Below are positions 1 to 10,137 of a stretch of DNA of 64,000 nucleotides, piece by piece. Below the pieces are notes generated by a model. The model was given only the letters and a program-made list of their open reading frames with translations. It did not search any database and was not told the origin of the DNA. Source of the DNA: an uncultured delta proteobacterium (lineage in GTDB: Bacteria > Desulfobacterota > Syntrophia > Syntrophales > UBA2185); contig CAVSPA010000003.1 of NCBI GenBank assembly GCA_963729715.1, positions 224,001 through 288,000 of the forward strand, read 5' to 3'. The stretch's first letter is position 1. Each line of letters begins with the position of its first letter. A program made the position numbers and the translations under genes.

Positions 1-245
1 AGAGAAAGACAGATTATTGCAGGGCGTTCTTTTCTTAGAACTTCCGTAAAGGTGAGGGCAACCTCCTGCTTTTCCTCTTCCTGGCCGGTCACAGTGGATG
101 GCGTAATAAATGCCATCCCGTACTTAGGAAGGTCTTCAGCTTTTAGTGAAATTGAGCGGTTCTGGGATGTATCATGGACCTGAGGCACAACACAGGCACA
201 GAGCAAGACCATGACCATTGCTAACAGCAACCATCTATAGTTCAT
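1..245 (-). CDS. Putative lipoprotein, partial (runs off the window start)
   Basis: Manual translation from ATG at 245 gives MNYRWLLLAMVMVLLCACVVPQVHDTSQ..., open to position 1. It has a lipobox-like LCAC and a G-rich RBS upstream. Confidence 0.7.
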   Translation of the reverse strand, partial: MNYRWLLLAMVMVLLCACVVPQVHDTSQNRSISLKAEDLPKYGMAFITPSTVTGQEEEKQEVALTFTEVLRKERPAIICLS

Positions 246-601
246 AACGTACCCCCTAAAGCCACAACAAACATGCGGAACTTTCGCATATGGGAATTTG
301 CAGTAATTCACAAAGGAAACACTTTTTTTTAATATAGCATTTTAACATATGGTTCCGCAATTATTATTTCTTAAATCGCAACCGGCCTGCCGCTCTTAGA
401 ACAGCCATTTCATGGATCTTCCGCTATTAAACATCTTCTTACATCATCACTCGAAAGAAAATCAGGTTTTCGGACAGTCAATATAGGGGAACGGTGTATA
501 GAAAAACGGCTTATATGCGATATACTGAGATTGGTAAACTTTGATAAGAATCCAGTATACGGGGAATCCTTCCTGCGGCGGCGTTTGTAAGAGAGATAAG
601 A

Positions 602-1774
602 ATGAAAAAAGCGGCGACCATGTTCTTCTTGATCTTGCTTGTGGCATCGACTTTCGGATCGGTGTGTGCAGGGGATACAATAACGGGTTCAGAGTTGAGC
701 GCTGATACTCAGGCTGCCGGCCGCGCTGGCTTCTGGATGAGTCAGAAGATCGACGCTCAATTTATAGGGATGAGCATAGGTGATGTTGACAATGACGGTA
801 AAAATGAAATCGTGATTATCGATATGAGCAATATCATGATCTACCGGAAAGAAGGCAATTCTCTTAAGCTCCTTCAAAAAATTCCAGGCGAATCCCACGA
901 CCAGTACCTTTCCGTGGATGTAGCGGATATCAAGGGTGACGGCGTCAAACAGATCATAGTCACCAGCCTGTTCCGGAATTTCCCGGACTCCTTTATACTC
1001 GAATACAAAGATGGGAAATATGTGAAGATCGCTTCGCATCTGAGATGGTTCTTGAGGGTCATAGAGATGGATGGCAAATCCTTGCTGTTGGGGCAGGAGA
1101 TGGGGATCGATAATCCTTTCGATAATCCCATTTACGAAATTGTTTGTAAGGATGGAAGCTGCCGGCAGGGCCGGCGCATGAAGATTCCCCAGGGGCTTTC
1201 CGTCTATGGCCTTGCCATCGCGCCCCTGGAAAAAAGCGGTCCCAATCGGATCATTGCCCTCGATAGCTACGACTATCTTCGCGTCTATGAAGAGACGGAT
1301 AAGTCGATTGACAGGATCGACGTCCTGGGTGAAAGCAGGGCGACGGTCTGGAAGAGCGGCGAAGTTTTTGGCGGTAGCAATAATTACTTCGACCGCACAA
1401 TGTCGCAGTTGTCCCCTGCAAATCCCGAAGACAAGAACAAAATGCCGTACGTGAGTCTCAGAATTATTAACTGCGGCATCGGCAAAGAGGGAAGCGCGGA
1501 ACTGATCGTAGCGAGGAACTTTTCTCAGGAGAGGCGGTGGTTTGAGAATCTCAGAATCTTCACTTCCGGCGAGGTCTATAACCTGGAGTGGGACGGTCTC
1601 GGCTTTACGGAAAAGTGGAGGACGAAGAAGCTCCATGGTTATGTGGCGGATTATCAGATTAACGCGATTGACAACGATGGAAAGCCAGCAGTAGTCATAG
1701 CCCTTGTGACGTCTGGCAACTTAGCGTGGAAACCGATGAGCGTCGTTGCTGTCTTCACCATCGGTGACAAGTAG
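602..1774 (+). CDS. Secreted FG-GAP/VCBS-repeat (beta-propeller-like) protein
   Basis: Signal peptide and repeated GDVDNDGKNEIV, ADIKGDGVKQII and IDNDGKPAVV motifs. Confidence 0.8.
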   Translation: MKKAATMFFLILLVASTFGSVCAGDTITGSELSADTQAAGRAGFWMSQKIDAQFIGMSIGDVDNDGKNEIVIIDMSNIMIYRKEGNSLKLLQKIPGESHDQYLSVDVADIKGDGVKQIIVTSLFRNFPDSFILEYKDGKYVKIASHLRWFLRVIEMDGKSLLLGQEMGIDNPFDNPIYEIVCKDGSCRQGRRMKIPQGLSVYGLAIAPLEKSGPNRIIALDSYDYLRVYEETDKSIDRIDVLGESRATVWKSGEVFGGSNNYFDRTMSQLSPANPEDKNKMPYVSLRIINCGIGKEGSAELIVARNFSQERRWFENLRIFTSGEVYNLEWDGLGFTEKWRTKKLHGYVADYQINAIDNDGKPAVVIALVTSGNLAWKPMSVVAVFTIGDK

Positions 1775-2007
1775 AAGTGTTGTCGGTAATTAGGTCATTT
1801 CCTGCAGGTGGGTATTTCGTTTGGCTTGAGCGACGCGTCCCTGTTAAACAATATGGACTCATGAGCGTCCCCCGCCCGTATTGGCGCAGGTTCTGAGGAG
1901 ATAATTGATGCTAGTGTGAATACCGCTTTTCCGTGGATTCTCACACGAAGAATTATCTGAAAGCATGTTCTAAAGCTCATTGAAGAAGAAAAGGCGCCAT
2001 CTCACCA

Positions 2008-2958
2008 ATGCGCGAGATCATCCAAAATCTGATTCGCCATGGTTACATCCTTCTCTTCCTCTGGATGTTTTCGGAAAGGCTCGGCATCCCCATCCCCGCA
2101 ACCCTCCCCCTGATTGCTGCTGGCATCCTTGCCGAGATGGAGTACATGCAGTTTGCCTATGCTTTGACTATAGCTTTTGCTGCCGTCATGCTTGCTGATT
2201 TCGCGTGGTTTTTTCTCAGCCGGATTCGCGGGCTCAAAGTGCTGTCTTTCCTCTGCCGCATCAGCCTTGAACCGGATGCCTGCGTGAGGAAAACACAGAA
2301 TTTGTTCGCAAAGCACGGGCCTGCCTCTCTTTTGTTTACGAAGTTCATTCCGGGACTCAGTAATCTGGCGGTTCCCCTTGTCGGCATTGTGAGATTAGAG
2401 CTCCGAACATTCATCCTCTATAACAGCATCGGATCGCTGCTCTGGGTGGGATTCTTCATGGGCGTAGGTTATCTTTTCAGCCGGGAGATACAGCTTGAAA
2501 GGATTGTTCTCCCCGGCTGGGGACAAGGAAGTGTTCTCATAGCCGTCCTTCTGCTCGTTGCCCTTTGTATTGCGTGGAAATATTTACGCAGGAGGCATCT
2601 TCTTAGGGAACTGTCTTCCAACCGCATGACACCTGAAGAACTTAAAGGGAAGATCGATGCCGGTGATGAGGTCGCCATTTTAGATGTAAGGCATCCCCTG
2701 GAGTTTGAGGCCGATCCGTATGTAATACCCGGCGCCCTTTACTTTACCCTCGAGAATCTGGAGCGGTTTTCTACGGTTCCTGTGGAAAGGGAAGTCGTGA
2801 CTTACTGCTCCTGACCGAACGACGTGTCGGGTGCTCGGGCGGCATTAATACTGAGGCAGAAGGGATATATGCGTGTGCGACCGTTGGACGGTGGATTCAG
2901 CGGTTGGCGGGAACAAAATTATCCTGTCAAAGCTTACCATGAAAGCGGAAGCTCGTGA
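2008..2958 (+). CDS. DedA/VTT membrane protein with C-terminal rhodanese domain, probable selenoprotein (UGA at 2812-2814 read as Sec)
   Basis: DedA motifs ERLGIPIP and KFIPGL, and a rhodanese start ILDVR. After YCS-TGA the frame continues PNDVSGARAALILRQKGYMRVRPLDGGFSGW to TGA 2956-2958, completing the rhodanese domain. Confidence 0.85.
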
Positions 2959-3125
2959 CAACCGGCAACAACAAATGGAGGAATAATCAGCGGTGTTGCC
3001 TGCGTACGGATTCTTTCAAAAAAATGGCGGCTGAAGAAAAATCTGCGGCCGCCGGTATTGCGAATTACCCGCAATGTTCAGTTTTAGGAAAGAAGACTCT
3101 TACGAATCTCCCGCCTGTAACGAAG

Positions 3126-3704
3126 TCACTGCCTGCACTCCCCGACAGATCCTTCCTTACACGTCGTGCCGTCAATCCAGGAAGCATTATCCATTCTGGC
3201 GCCAGTCAGTCTTGTATTAGTAAGATTTGCACCCCTTAGAGACGCACCGTTCATCCTTGCACCGGTCAAGTTTGCGTTCGTCAGATTTGCGTCGGTCAAT
3301 CTTGCGTCAATCAGCTTTGCATTGGTAAGGTTTGCATCAGTCAAATCTGCAGAGGTGAGGCTTGCCTTTATCAGGCTCGCACCGCTCAAGTTGGCATTGT
3401 TCAGGTTCGCGCCGCTCAAGTTTGCATTTGAAAGTTTTGCGCCCGCTAATTCCACATTCCTCAGGTTTGCACCGGAAAGATTTGTTGTAGAGAGATTTGC
3501 ACCGGTCATGTTTGCACCCTGCAAATTCGCTCCATTGAGATCCTGGCCGCTCAGGTCCGCGCTGATTAAATCGCAATTCTGGCATTTTTTCAAATTGCTG
3601 ACTTGTAACAAACTGCCCGGTCTGAATGCAAATGCACCTGCGGTTGCGAGAATAAATGCGATAAGGCTGACGCCAAGAATGATAAGAGTCTTTTTCCCAG
3701 TCAT
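3126..3704 (-). CDS. Secreted pentapeptide-repeat protein
   Basis: Signal peptide, CQNC motif and a long run of A(N/D)LxX pentapeptides. Confidence 0.92.
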   Translation of the reverse strand: MTGKKTLIILGVSLIAFILATAGAFAFRPGSLLQVSNLKKCQNCDLISADLSGQDLNGANLQGANMTGANLSTTNLSGANLRNVELAGAKLSNANLSGANLNNANLSGASLIKASLTSADLTDANLTNAKLIDARLTDANLTNANLTGARMNGASLRGANLTNTRLTGARMDNASWIDGTTCKEGSVGECRQ

Positions 3705-3929
3705 GGAGATATCTCCTTTTTATCTTTTTATAGTATCGAAAGCTCTTGCTGAAAATGTGACGGATTTATATCCGGAAAAGCAATTACGTGCAATGGCATA
3801 TCCGGTTCCTTAATTTGCGGCACCCCGGCCATGACCAAAGAACATAAAACAGGGTCAACGGGGCTTTCGCGCCTGTCCAGCCGGCCATATAGAATCGCTG
3901 CCCTTCCACCGAAGAGACTAAAGAATCAA

Positions 3930-3961
3930 TTGACTTGTCGGTTCATATATTACATATATGA
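3930..3961 (+). promoter_or_regulatory. Putative -35 box and palindromic operator in a divergent intergenic region
   Basis: TTGACT at 3930-3935 followed by the inverted repeat TCATATAT-TAC-ATATATGA (3943-3961). Confidence 0.35.
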
Positions 3962-4136
3962 CAAAAACTGTCAACTTGATACTTCGGTACTCGGAGTCAG
4001 CAGCCGCAAAAGCGAGGATCCCAATCCGGACGCGCGAATATTGCCAAGGTGAATATTTCTTTCCGTAGATTGTCACGCCCCGGATGGGTGCAATGGAAAA
4101 GCGTAACCCATTAAAAAACAGGCGTCGGTCAAAAAA

Positions 4137-5000
4137 ATGAAGAAGAAAAGCTTTCATAATAATGGCGGGCCCGCAAAAATACGCGAGGGCGAGCAGCTTT
4201 TCCGGACATTGACGGAGAGGTCCCTGGTAGGCATCTACGTAGTGCAGGATGGTCAGTTCCAGTCGATAAACCCCAACGCCGCTTCATATTACGGGTGCGC
4301 ACCGGAAGAGCTGATGGGGAAAAAATCTAACTCCATTGTCCATCCAGAGGATAAGGAGCGGCACAAGCAGTGCGCAATAGATATGCTCAAAGGGAAACGC
4401 TCTTCTCCTCATGAATTCAGGATCATCAGCCGGAGCGGTGATATTCACTGGATCATGGAGACAGTAACACCTATCATTTATAAGGGCAGACCGGCCATTC
4501 TCGGGAACTCCATGGATATTACAGAACGCAAGCGGGCGGAGGAGGCGCTGGAAAAGAGGGAGATGGAGCTCGAGGTCAAGACGCATGAACTTGAAGACAT
4601 GAACTCGGCACTAAGGGTCTTGATGAAACAGAGAGACGAGGATAGAAACGAACTGGAACAAAAAGTCTTAACGAACATCAAAGTACTCATCCTGCCGCAC
4701 ATGGAAAAATTAAAAAATCATGTGGACCTGCAGGGGACTTCTTATGTGAATGTCCTTGCCTCCAATCTAAGGGATATCATGTCACCCTTCGCCCAGAAAT
4801 TGTCAGTTACTTACTTGAATCTTACCAAAAGAGAAGTGCAGGTTGCCAATTTAATGAAAGAGGGAAAAACATCTGAAGAAATATCGGCATTCTTAAATAT
4901 TTCTGTCAGTGCCGTCAATGTGTACCGCTACCATATCAGACATAAACTGGGCCTGTCGAAAAAACAAAATCTGCGTTCCTATCTTTCGTCCCTAACTTAA
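4137..5000 (+). CDS. PAS-domain LuxR-family transcriptional regulator
   Basis: PAS/PAC (VHPEDKE...DITERKRAEE), a coiled coil and a C-terminal LTKREVQVA...IRHKLG HTH. Confidence 0.9.
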   Translation: MKKKSFHNNGGPAKIREGEQLFRTLTERSLVGIYVVQDGQFQSINPNAASYYGCAPEELMGKKSNSIVHPEDKERHKQCAIDMLKGKRSSPHEFRIISRSGDIHWIMETVTPIIYKGRPAILGNSMDITERKRAEEALEKREMELEVKTHELEDMNSALRVLMKQRDEDRNELEQKVLTNIKVLILPHMEKLKNHVDLQGTSYVNVLASNLRDIMSPFAQKLSVTYLNLTKREVQVANLMKEGKTSEEISAFLNISVSAVNVYRYHIRHKLGLSKKQNLRSYLSSLT

Positions 5001-5056
5001 TAAATTAATACTAAGCGGAAAGGAATATATCTTGCGAATGACGAGTTTCATGCGGG

Positions 5057-5986
5057 GTGACTTTGATGATTAGATCACTTGACGATGTTTCCAGGATTGC
5101 CGGGGAAACAGGGCCGAAAAAGCTTGCCGTTCTCGCCCCTGAAGACGAGGAATTCATGCTGGCTGTGAAAAGAAGTTGGGAAGCCGGGTACATCGAGCCG
5201 GTCCTCATCGGTAATTCGGAGAAGATGGATGAACTCGGGGCAAAGGTCGGGTTCGACATCAGCAGGTTCGAAAGGATTATTGAAAACGACAGGCAAAGGA
5301 TATCTGATCTCGGCATCGGCATGCTTTTTTCAGGGAAACTGTCTATTGTGAGCAAAGGTCAGATTCCGACCGCCTATGTCTATCGCTCGATCATCAGGGC
5401 GGAAGGGAAGGCGGCCTCCGGCATGACGGTGAGCGTCGTGTCCTTCTGGGAGATTCCGGGAGTGAGCCATTTGACTGCCTTCACAGACACCGGTGTCAGC
5501 ATAATGCCCGATTACAGGACGAAGGCGGATATTTTAAGGAACGCCGTCTTTCTTTATCATTTGCTCGGGTATAAGAAACCAAGGATCATTGTTATTTCCG
5601 GCCAGAGGAAATTCGGCGGGACCCTCGATTCTTACCGGGACTACAAATTGCTCAGGCAGGCCGCGAATGCGGGAGAGTTCGGGGAATGTGAGATTGTCGA
5701 TGCAACCTCCTTCACGGAGATATTCCTGGGACCGAGGGGACGCCTGAAAGATTACCGGGATATCGATTTAGCGAAGATTCCGCATATCATCCTCGTCCCC
5801 CGCCTCGACACGGGCAATATAATGTGCAAGCTCGATTTCTTTCTCGACGTGACTCGCTGCTCCATAGCAGTGACCTCGAGAGGAGCGGTATGTATTCCCT
5901 CGCGCGCGGACTTCAGCGATTCCATTATTACCGAGCTTGCCATGGGTGTTGTGGTGGCAGACAGATTGGAAAAGGAGGTGAGGTGA
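5057..5986 (+). CDS. Phosphate acyltransferase (PTA/PTB family), divergent
   Basis: KG, FTDTGV and PRLDTGNIMCK, SRAD motifs; located upstream of ptb and buk. Confidence 0.75.
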   Translation: MTLMIRSLDDVSRIAGETGPKKLAVLAPEDEEFMLAVKRSWEAGYIEPVLIGNSEKMDELGAKVGFDISRFERIIENDRQRISDLGIGMLFSGKLSIVSKGQIPTAYVYRSIIRAEGKAASGMTVSVVSFWEIPGVSHLTAFTDTGVSIMPDYRTKADILRNAVFLYHLLGYKKPRIIVISGQRKFGGTLDSYRDYKLLRQAANAGEFGECEIVDATSFTEIFLGPRGRLKDYRDIDLAKIPHIILVPRLDTGNIMCKLDFFLDVTRCSIAVTSRGAVCIPSRADFSDSIITELAMGVVVADRLEKEVR

Positions 5987-5987
5987 A

Positions 5988-6881
5988 ATGGCCGGCGCAT
6001 TCGCGGAAATTATGGAAGCGGCGAAGAAAAAGGCTGTGAAGAGAAGGATGGCCATCTCATCGGTGAAGAAGCCGGATATGGAAATCGTCTTTCGGGCGGC
6101 GAAAGAAGGGCTTATCGTTCCCGTGCTGGTAGGCGACGGCAAAGTTGTGGAAGCCCTGGTAAAAAAGAGCGCCCTTCAATCTCTCGAACATGAAATCGTG
6201 GATGTGAAAGATTCCGGCGGGTCTCTTCGAGCGGCGGTAGCGCTCATCCGTGAAGGGCGTGCGGATATGCTCATGCAGGGAGCCGCCGATCAGAAGATAT
6301 TCATGAAAACTGTTCTCGATGCAAAGACAGGCATTTTGAAGGACAAGCTGGCAAGCTATATATCGGTCTTCCGGTTGCCAAAAAGTGACAAACTGATTCT
6401 TGTGACGGATACGTTGGTGAATAACTATCCGGGCGTAACTGAAAAGCAGTTGATCCTTGCACAAGCAATAAGGCTGGCGGGCCTGCTCGGGATCGCGGCG
6501 CCGAAGGCGGCGGTCCTTGCTGCCATCGAGCAGGTGAATCCGAGCATCCCTTCGACGCTGGATGCCGCCATCCTCTCCAAGATGGCGGAGCGGGGACAGT
6601 TCGGAAACGCCGTAGTTGACGGTCCCCTTGATATCGATTGTGCGCTAAGCCACGTTGCAGCGGAAAGAAAAGGGGTCAAGAGCGCCGTGACCGGAAGTGT
6701 AGACATCTACCTCGTGCCGGAGATAGAAAGCGGTTATCTTCTTGCCCAGTCCCTCGTATTCTTCGGGCGGATGGAAATGGCCGGTGTCCTCATGGGGGCG
6801 ACAAAGCCCGTTATCCTGAGCCTTCCCTTCGTGTCGAGAGAAAACCGGATTGTGGAAATCGCCCTCGCATCCTTGCTCTGA
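5988..6881 (+). CDS. ptb: Phosphate butyryltransferase family protein
   Basis: LAAIEQVNP...STLDAAIL...DGPLDIDCALS...AAERKG motifs. Confidence 0.85.
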   Translation: MAGAFAEIMEAAKKKAVKRRMAISSVKKPDMEIVFRAAKEGLIVPVLVGDGKVVEALVKKSALQSLEHEIVDVKDSGGSLRAAVALIREGRADMLMQGAADQKIFMKTVLDAKTGILKDKLASYISVFRLPKSDKLILVTDTLVNNYPGVTEKQLILAQAIRLAGLLGIAAPKAAVLAAIEQVNPSIPSTLDAAILSKMAERGQFGNAVVDGPLDIDCALSHVAAERKGVKSAVTGSVDIYLVPEIESGYLLAQSLVFFGRMEMAGVLMGATKPVILSLPFVSRENRIVEIALASLL

Positions 6882-6889
6882 GGAAATAA

Positions 6890-7984
6890 ATGATGAAGAA
6901 AGAACATCACCTCCTTGTCATCAACGTAGGCTCGACATCGACTAAGGTGGGCTGGTTTTCGAGTAGAGACGATGCCGTGCTCGAAACGATTCGATACAGC
7001 AGCGAAGCGCTGTCTTCGTATAAATCGATCGGTGAACAGCTTCCACACCGTAAGGATGACGTTCTCAAATTTCTCGCAAGGAAGGGGATCAGCTTAAAAG
7101 AGATCGATATGGTCGTCAGTCGCGGCGGGCTGGGGAAACCGGCGCCCGCGGGCGCTTACACGATAGATGACGACATGTGCAGGGATCTCCTCGAAGGGAA
7201 ATACGGAATGCATCCTTCGGCCCTCGGGCCGGCCATGGCCCTCGATATTGCGAGAAAATACGGCATGCCGGCCATAGTCATCGACCCGCCGAGCACGGAT
7301 GAATTCCAGCCTCTGGCGAGAATATCCGGCCTTCCCGAAATTGAGAGGAAGAGCGCCTTCCACGCGTTGAACCAGAAGATGGCTGCAAGGCGGCTTGCTC
7401 GGGAGATGGGGAAAAAGTATGAGGAGATGAACCTCGTCGTGGCCCACTTGGGCGGGGGCGTCACCATCGGCGCCCATCAAAAAGGCCGGGTCATTGACTG
7501 CACCCATGGACTCGGGGAAGGGCCTCTCACGCCAGAGAGGGCCGGCGCACTTCCCACAATAGATCTGCTTAATCTCGCATTCTCGGGAAAGCTCGACAAA
7601 AAGGAGATGCAGGCCCGGCTTGTGGGGCAGGGAGGCCTCGCGGCGTATCTTTCCACAACGGATGGGCAGAAGATCCGCAACATGATCAATGCGGGAGACG
7701 AAAGGGCGAAACTCATTTATGAAGCCATGGCTTATCAGATTGCGAAAGACATCGGCGCCATGTGCGTTGTCTTGCAAGGCGCAGTCAACGGCATCATACT
7801 GACAGGCGGACTCGCCCATTCAGAGATGCTCACTGAATGGATCAGGGAGAGGGTCGCTTTCCTCGCACCTGTCTTCGTCTATCCCGGTGAAGACGAGATG
7901 TCGGCCCTGGCCGAAGGCGGCCTGCGGGTTCTCTCGAAGGAAGAAGACGTAAAAAGCTACCTGCAAAAACAGGCGATAAGATAA
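6890..7984 (+). CDS. buk: Butyrate kinase
   Basis: INVGSTSTK, SRGG, HALNQK, AHLGGG, PERAG and YPGEDEM motifs. Confidence 0.95.
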   Translation: MMKKEHHLLVINVGSTSTKVGWFSSRDDAVLETIRYSSEALSSYKSIGEQLPHRKDDVLKFLARKGISLKEIDMVVSRGGLGKPAPAGAYTIDDDMCRDLLEGKYGMHPSALGPAMALDIARKYGMPAIVIDPPSTDEFQPLARISGLPEIERKSAFHALNQKMAARRLAREMGKKYEEMNLVVAHLGGGVTIGAHQKGRVIDCTHGLGEGPLTPERAGALPTIDLLNLAFSGKLDKKEMQARLVGQGGLAAYLSTTDGQKIRNMINAGDERAKLIYEAMAYQIAKDIGAMCVVLQGAVNGIILTGGLAHSEMLTEWIRERVAFLAPVFVYPGEDEMSALAEGGLRVLSKEEDVKSYLQKQAIR

Positions 7985-8037
7985 AAGCGAATGCCCGATT
8001 CTACCGGGCAGGAACTTTCTATACGGTAGAGATATTA

Positions 8038-8811
8038 TTATTTCAGACCCGTGGCCAGGAAGGCGGCGCCGATAGCCCCGTTCACCTGAGCATATTCCGA
8101 GACCTCAACGGCCATTCCGATCTTTCTTTCGAGGGCCTTCACAACACCGATATTCTTTGCCACACCGCCCGTCATCACCACGAGAGGTGCAATCCGCAAA
8201 CGGTTTGCCATGGCAGCTATCCTTGCGGCAATAGACTCGTGTATGCCGGCAATAATGTTCTCCCGCTTTTCGCCCTTTGAGATGAGCGAGATGACCTCGG
8301 ATTCTGCAAAGACCGTGCAGAGGCTGCTGATTCTGGAGGGATCGCCTGCTCTCAGGGAAAGGGCTCCAAATCCGTCGAGGTCCACCTCCAACGCCCTCGC
8401 CATCACCTCCAGAAATCGTCCCGTGCCGGCGGCGCACTTGTCGTTCATCGCGAAGTTCTTTACCTTCCCCTTTTCATCGAGGACGATGGCTTTGCTGTCC
8501 TGCCCGCCGATATCAATGACGGAGCGGGCACGGGGATTCAGATAATGGGCGCCCGCGCCATGACAGATGATCTCCGTCATAGCCTTGTCCATGAACTTCA
8601 CGCTGTTCCTGCCGTATCCTGTGGAGACGATTCTCCCGACAGCGGCCTTCTCCATGCCGAGTTCCCCCAGCAACTCCTCGTACACCTTCGTACCGGCCTG
8701 TTCCGCGTTGTACCCCGTAAAGATGACCCTTGTGCCGCGTATCTTCCCTTCGGCTATGACGGCCGCCTTTGTGGTGATAGACCCGATGTCAATTCCTACT
8801 GTAATCATCAA
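8038..8811 (-). CDS. Acyl-CoA dehydratase/reductase activase (HgdC/BadF-like ASKHA ATPase)
   Basis: GIDIGSITTK, STGYGR, IDIGGQDSK, MNDKCAAGTGRFLE and CTVFAESE motifs. Confidence 0.93.
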   Translation of the reverse strand: MMITVGIDIGSITTKAAVIAEGKIRGTRVIFTGYNAEQAGTKVYEELLGELGMEKAAVGRIVSTGYGRNSVKFMDKAMTEIICHGAGAHYLNPRARSVIDIGGQDSKAIVLDEKGKVKNFAMNDKCAAGTGRFLEVMARALEVDLDGFGALSLRAGDPSRISSLCTVFAESEVISLISKGEKRENIIAGIHESIAARIAAMANRLRIAPLVVMTGGVAKNIGVVKALERKIGMAVEVSEYAQVNGAIGAAFLATGLK

Positions 8812-8832
8812 TTGCTCTCGTCCGTCTGCTGC

Positions 8833-10098
8833 CTAAGCCCCTTTCCGCTGCTTGATGATTTCCATGAAGGCATCGATGCGCGTGGAAATCTGGCTCTCCG
8901 AGAAGCTTCGCTCATCCACCATATCCGCCTCAATCATCAGGCAGGGAATCCCTCTTTCCTTCTCTACGATCTTCTGGATATCGTACTGACCCAGGGAGTA
9001 AGGTTTGCAGCTCCTGTTTGAATGCATCACAATGCCGTCGACCTTATACGTGTCCACCATCTCAAGCACTATACGGGCCATCTCATCCACGCCGATATTG
9101 AGGTAGATACGCGTGTAGGCCTCGGCCATGGAGTCAAAGAAATTATTTTCGTCGATGTACTTCGTCGTGCCGCACCAGGCGGAGGTATAGGTATCCGCGA
9201 CGAGGCAGGCGTTGTGTGCAGCCAGCTTTTCCGAGAGCCAGCGCGTCCGAGGCCAGATGGGTATATTGTCCCAGAGGAGCCTGTACTTCTCATTGGGGAT
9301 AGCCCCGATCCCTCTGGCCACGCGGTTTTTCATCTTCTCTAAAAGCTGCGTGTAATAGTCGATGACCAGCGGTGTTCCTCTCAGCGTGACGATTAGCGCC
9401 AGGTGGTAAAAGGCATCAAAGGCCGTCATGGGTGCGGGACTGTTTGCGGTCGTCGCGAGCACGGCCTGCCAGAGTCGCTGTCCTTCAAGGGAAAGCTTTC
9501 CCACAGCCTTTAGATGGTCGCTATCCATTTTCTTTCCGCAGACCTTTTCGAGGAAAAGCACATATTCATCGAGTTGCCTGCGGACATATCTTCGGGCCTC
9601 TTCGGCATAGCCTACATGGCAGAAGGGCGTATCGAAGATGAAAAGGGGGACGTTGAAGTAGCGGGCCTGAACCTCATACCATTTGATAACGGTCCCGCAG
9701 ATATTGTTGCAGCATATGAGCATGTCGGGACGGGGAAGACCACCGATAGGGCCGCCGTTCACCGTTGCGCAGGCGATATCGGAGCGCGCGTAGGAACAGA
9801 GGTCGCTCGAATATCCCATGGACTCGGACTTTTCACAAAGGTCCGTCCCCATCTTGCTCGCCCCGATCATTGCCCCGTGGTTTTCCGGATAGACGGGAAT
9901 TACATCCATCGCAATGAGGGGCTCGACGGGGCCACCGCTCGTAATCCAGGCAATCTTCCTGCCGCTGATGCGGGCGCTCTTTGCCTCCATGTAATAGACC
10001 ATCATGATCTCTTTCATCTTCTTTTTCTTCTTGAAATGAAGGGCAAGTTTCTTGATCTTCGCAAGAAAGAAGAGCACGATCTCCGGCATCTTATTCAT
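8833..10098 (-). CDS. 2-hydroxyacyl-CoA dehydratase / benzoyl-CoA reductase family subunit (HgdA/BcrB-like)
   Basis: YPENH, DLCSYAR, CCNNIC...KWYE and HSNRSCK motifs. Confidence 0.88.
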   Translation of the reverse strand: MNKMPEIVLFFLAKIKKLALHFKKKKKMKEIMMVYYMEAKSARISGRKIAWITSGGPVEPLIAMDVIPVYPENHGAMIGASKMGTDLCEKSESMGYSSDLCSYARSDIACATVNGGPIGGLPRPDMLICCNNICGTVIKWYEVQARYFNVPLFIFDTPFCHVGYAEEARRYVRRQLDEYVLFLEKVCGKKMDSDHLKAVGKLSLEGQRLWQAVLATTANSPAPMTAFDAFYHLALIVTLRGTPLVIDYYTQLLEKMKNRVARGIGAIPNEKYRLLWDNIPIWPRTRWLSEKLAAHNACLVADTYTSAWCGTTKYIDENNFFDSMAEAYTRIYLNIGVDEMARIVLEMVDTYKVDGIVMHSNRSCKPYSLGQYDIQKIVEKERGIPCLMIEADMVDERSFSESQISTRIDAFMEIIKQRKGA

Positions 10099-10137
10099 AG
10101 ACGTCTCACTTTGGGTTTTTTCATTCCAGAAAATATT

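Noticed and set aside
689..1636. Long antisense ORFs (for example 689-1636, 25421-26203, 34729-35586, 46764-47657)
   Set aside because: They are shadows of well-supported genes on the opposite strand.
3166..3813. 215-aa plus-strand ORF with RFA repeats
   Set aside because: It is the antisense shadow of the pentapeptide-repeat gene.
6879..6893. Possible Sec read-through of the ptb TGA (LL-TGA-GNK-TGA)
   Set aside because: It adds only three residues with no redox motif, and the region is the RBS of buk.
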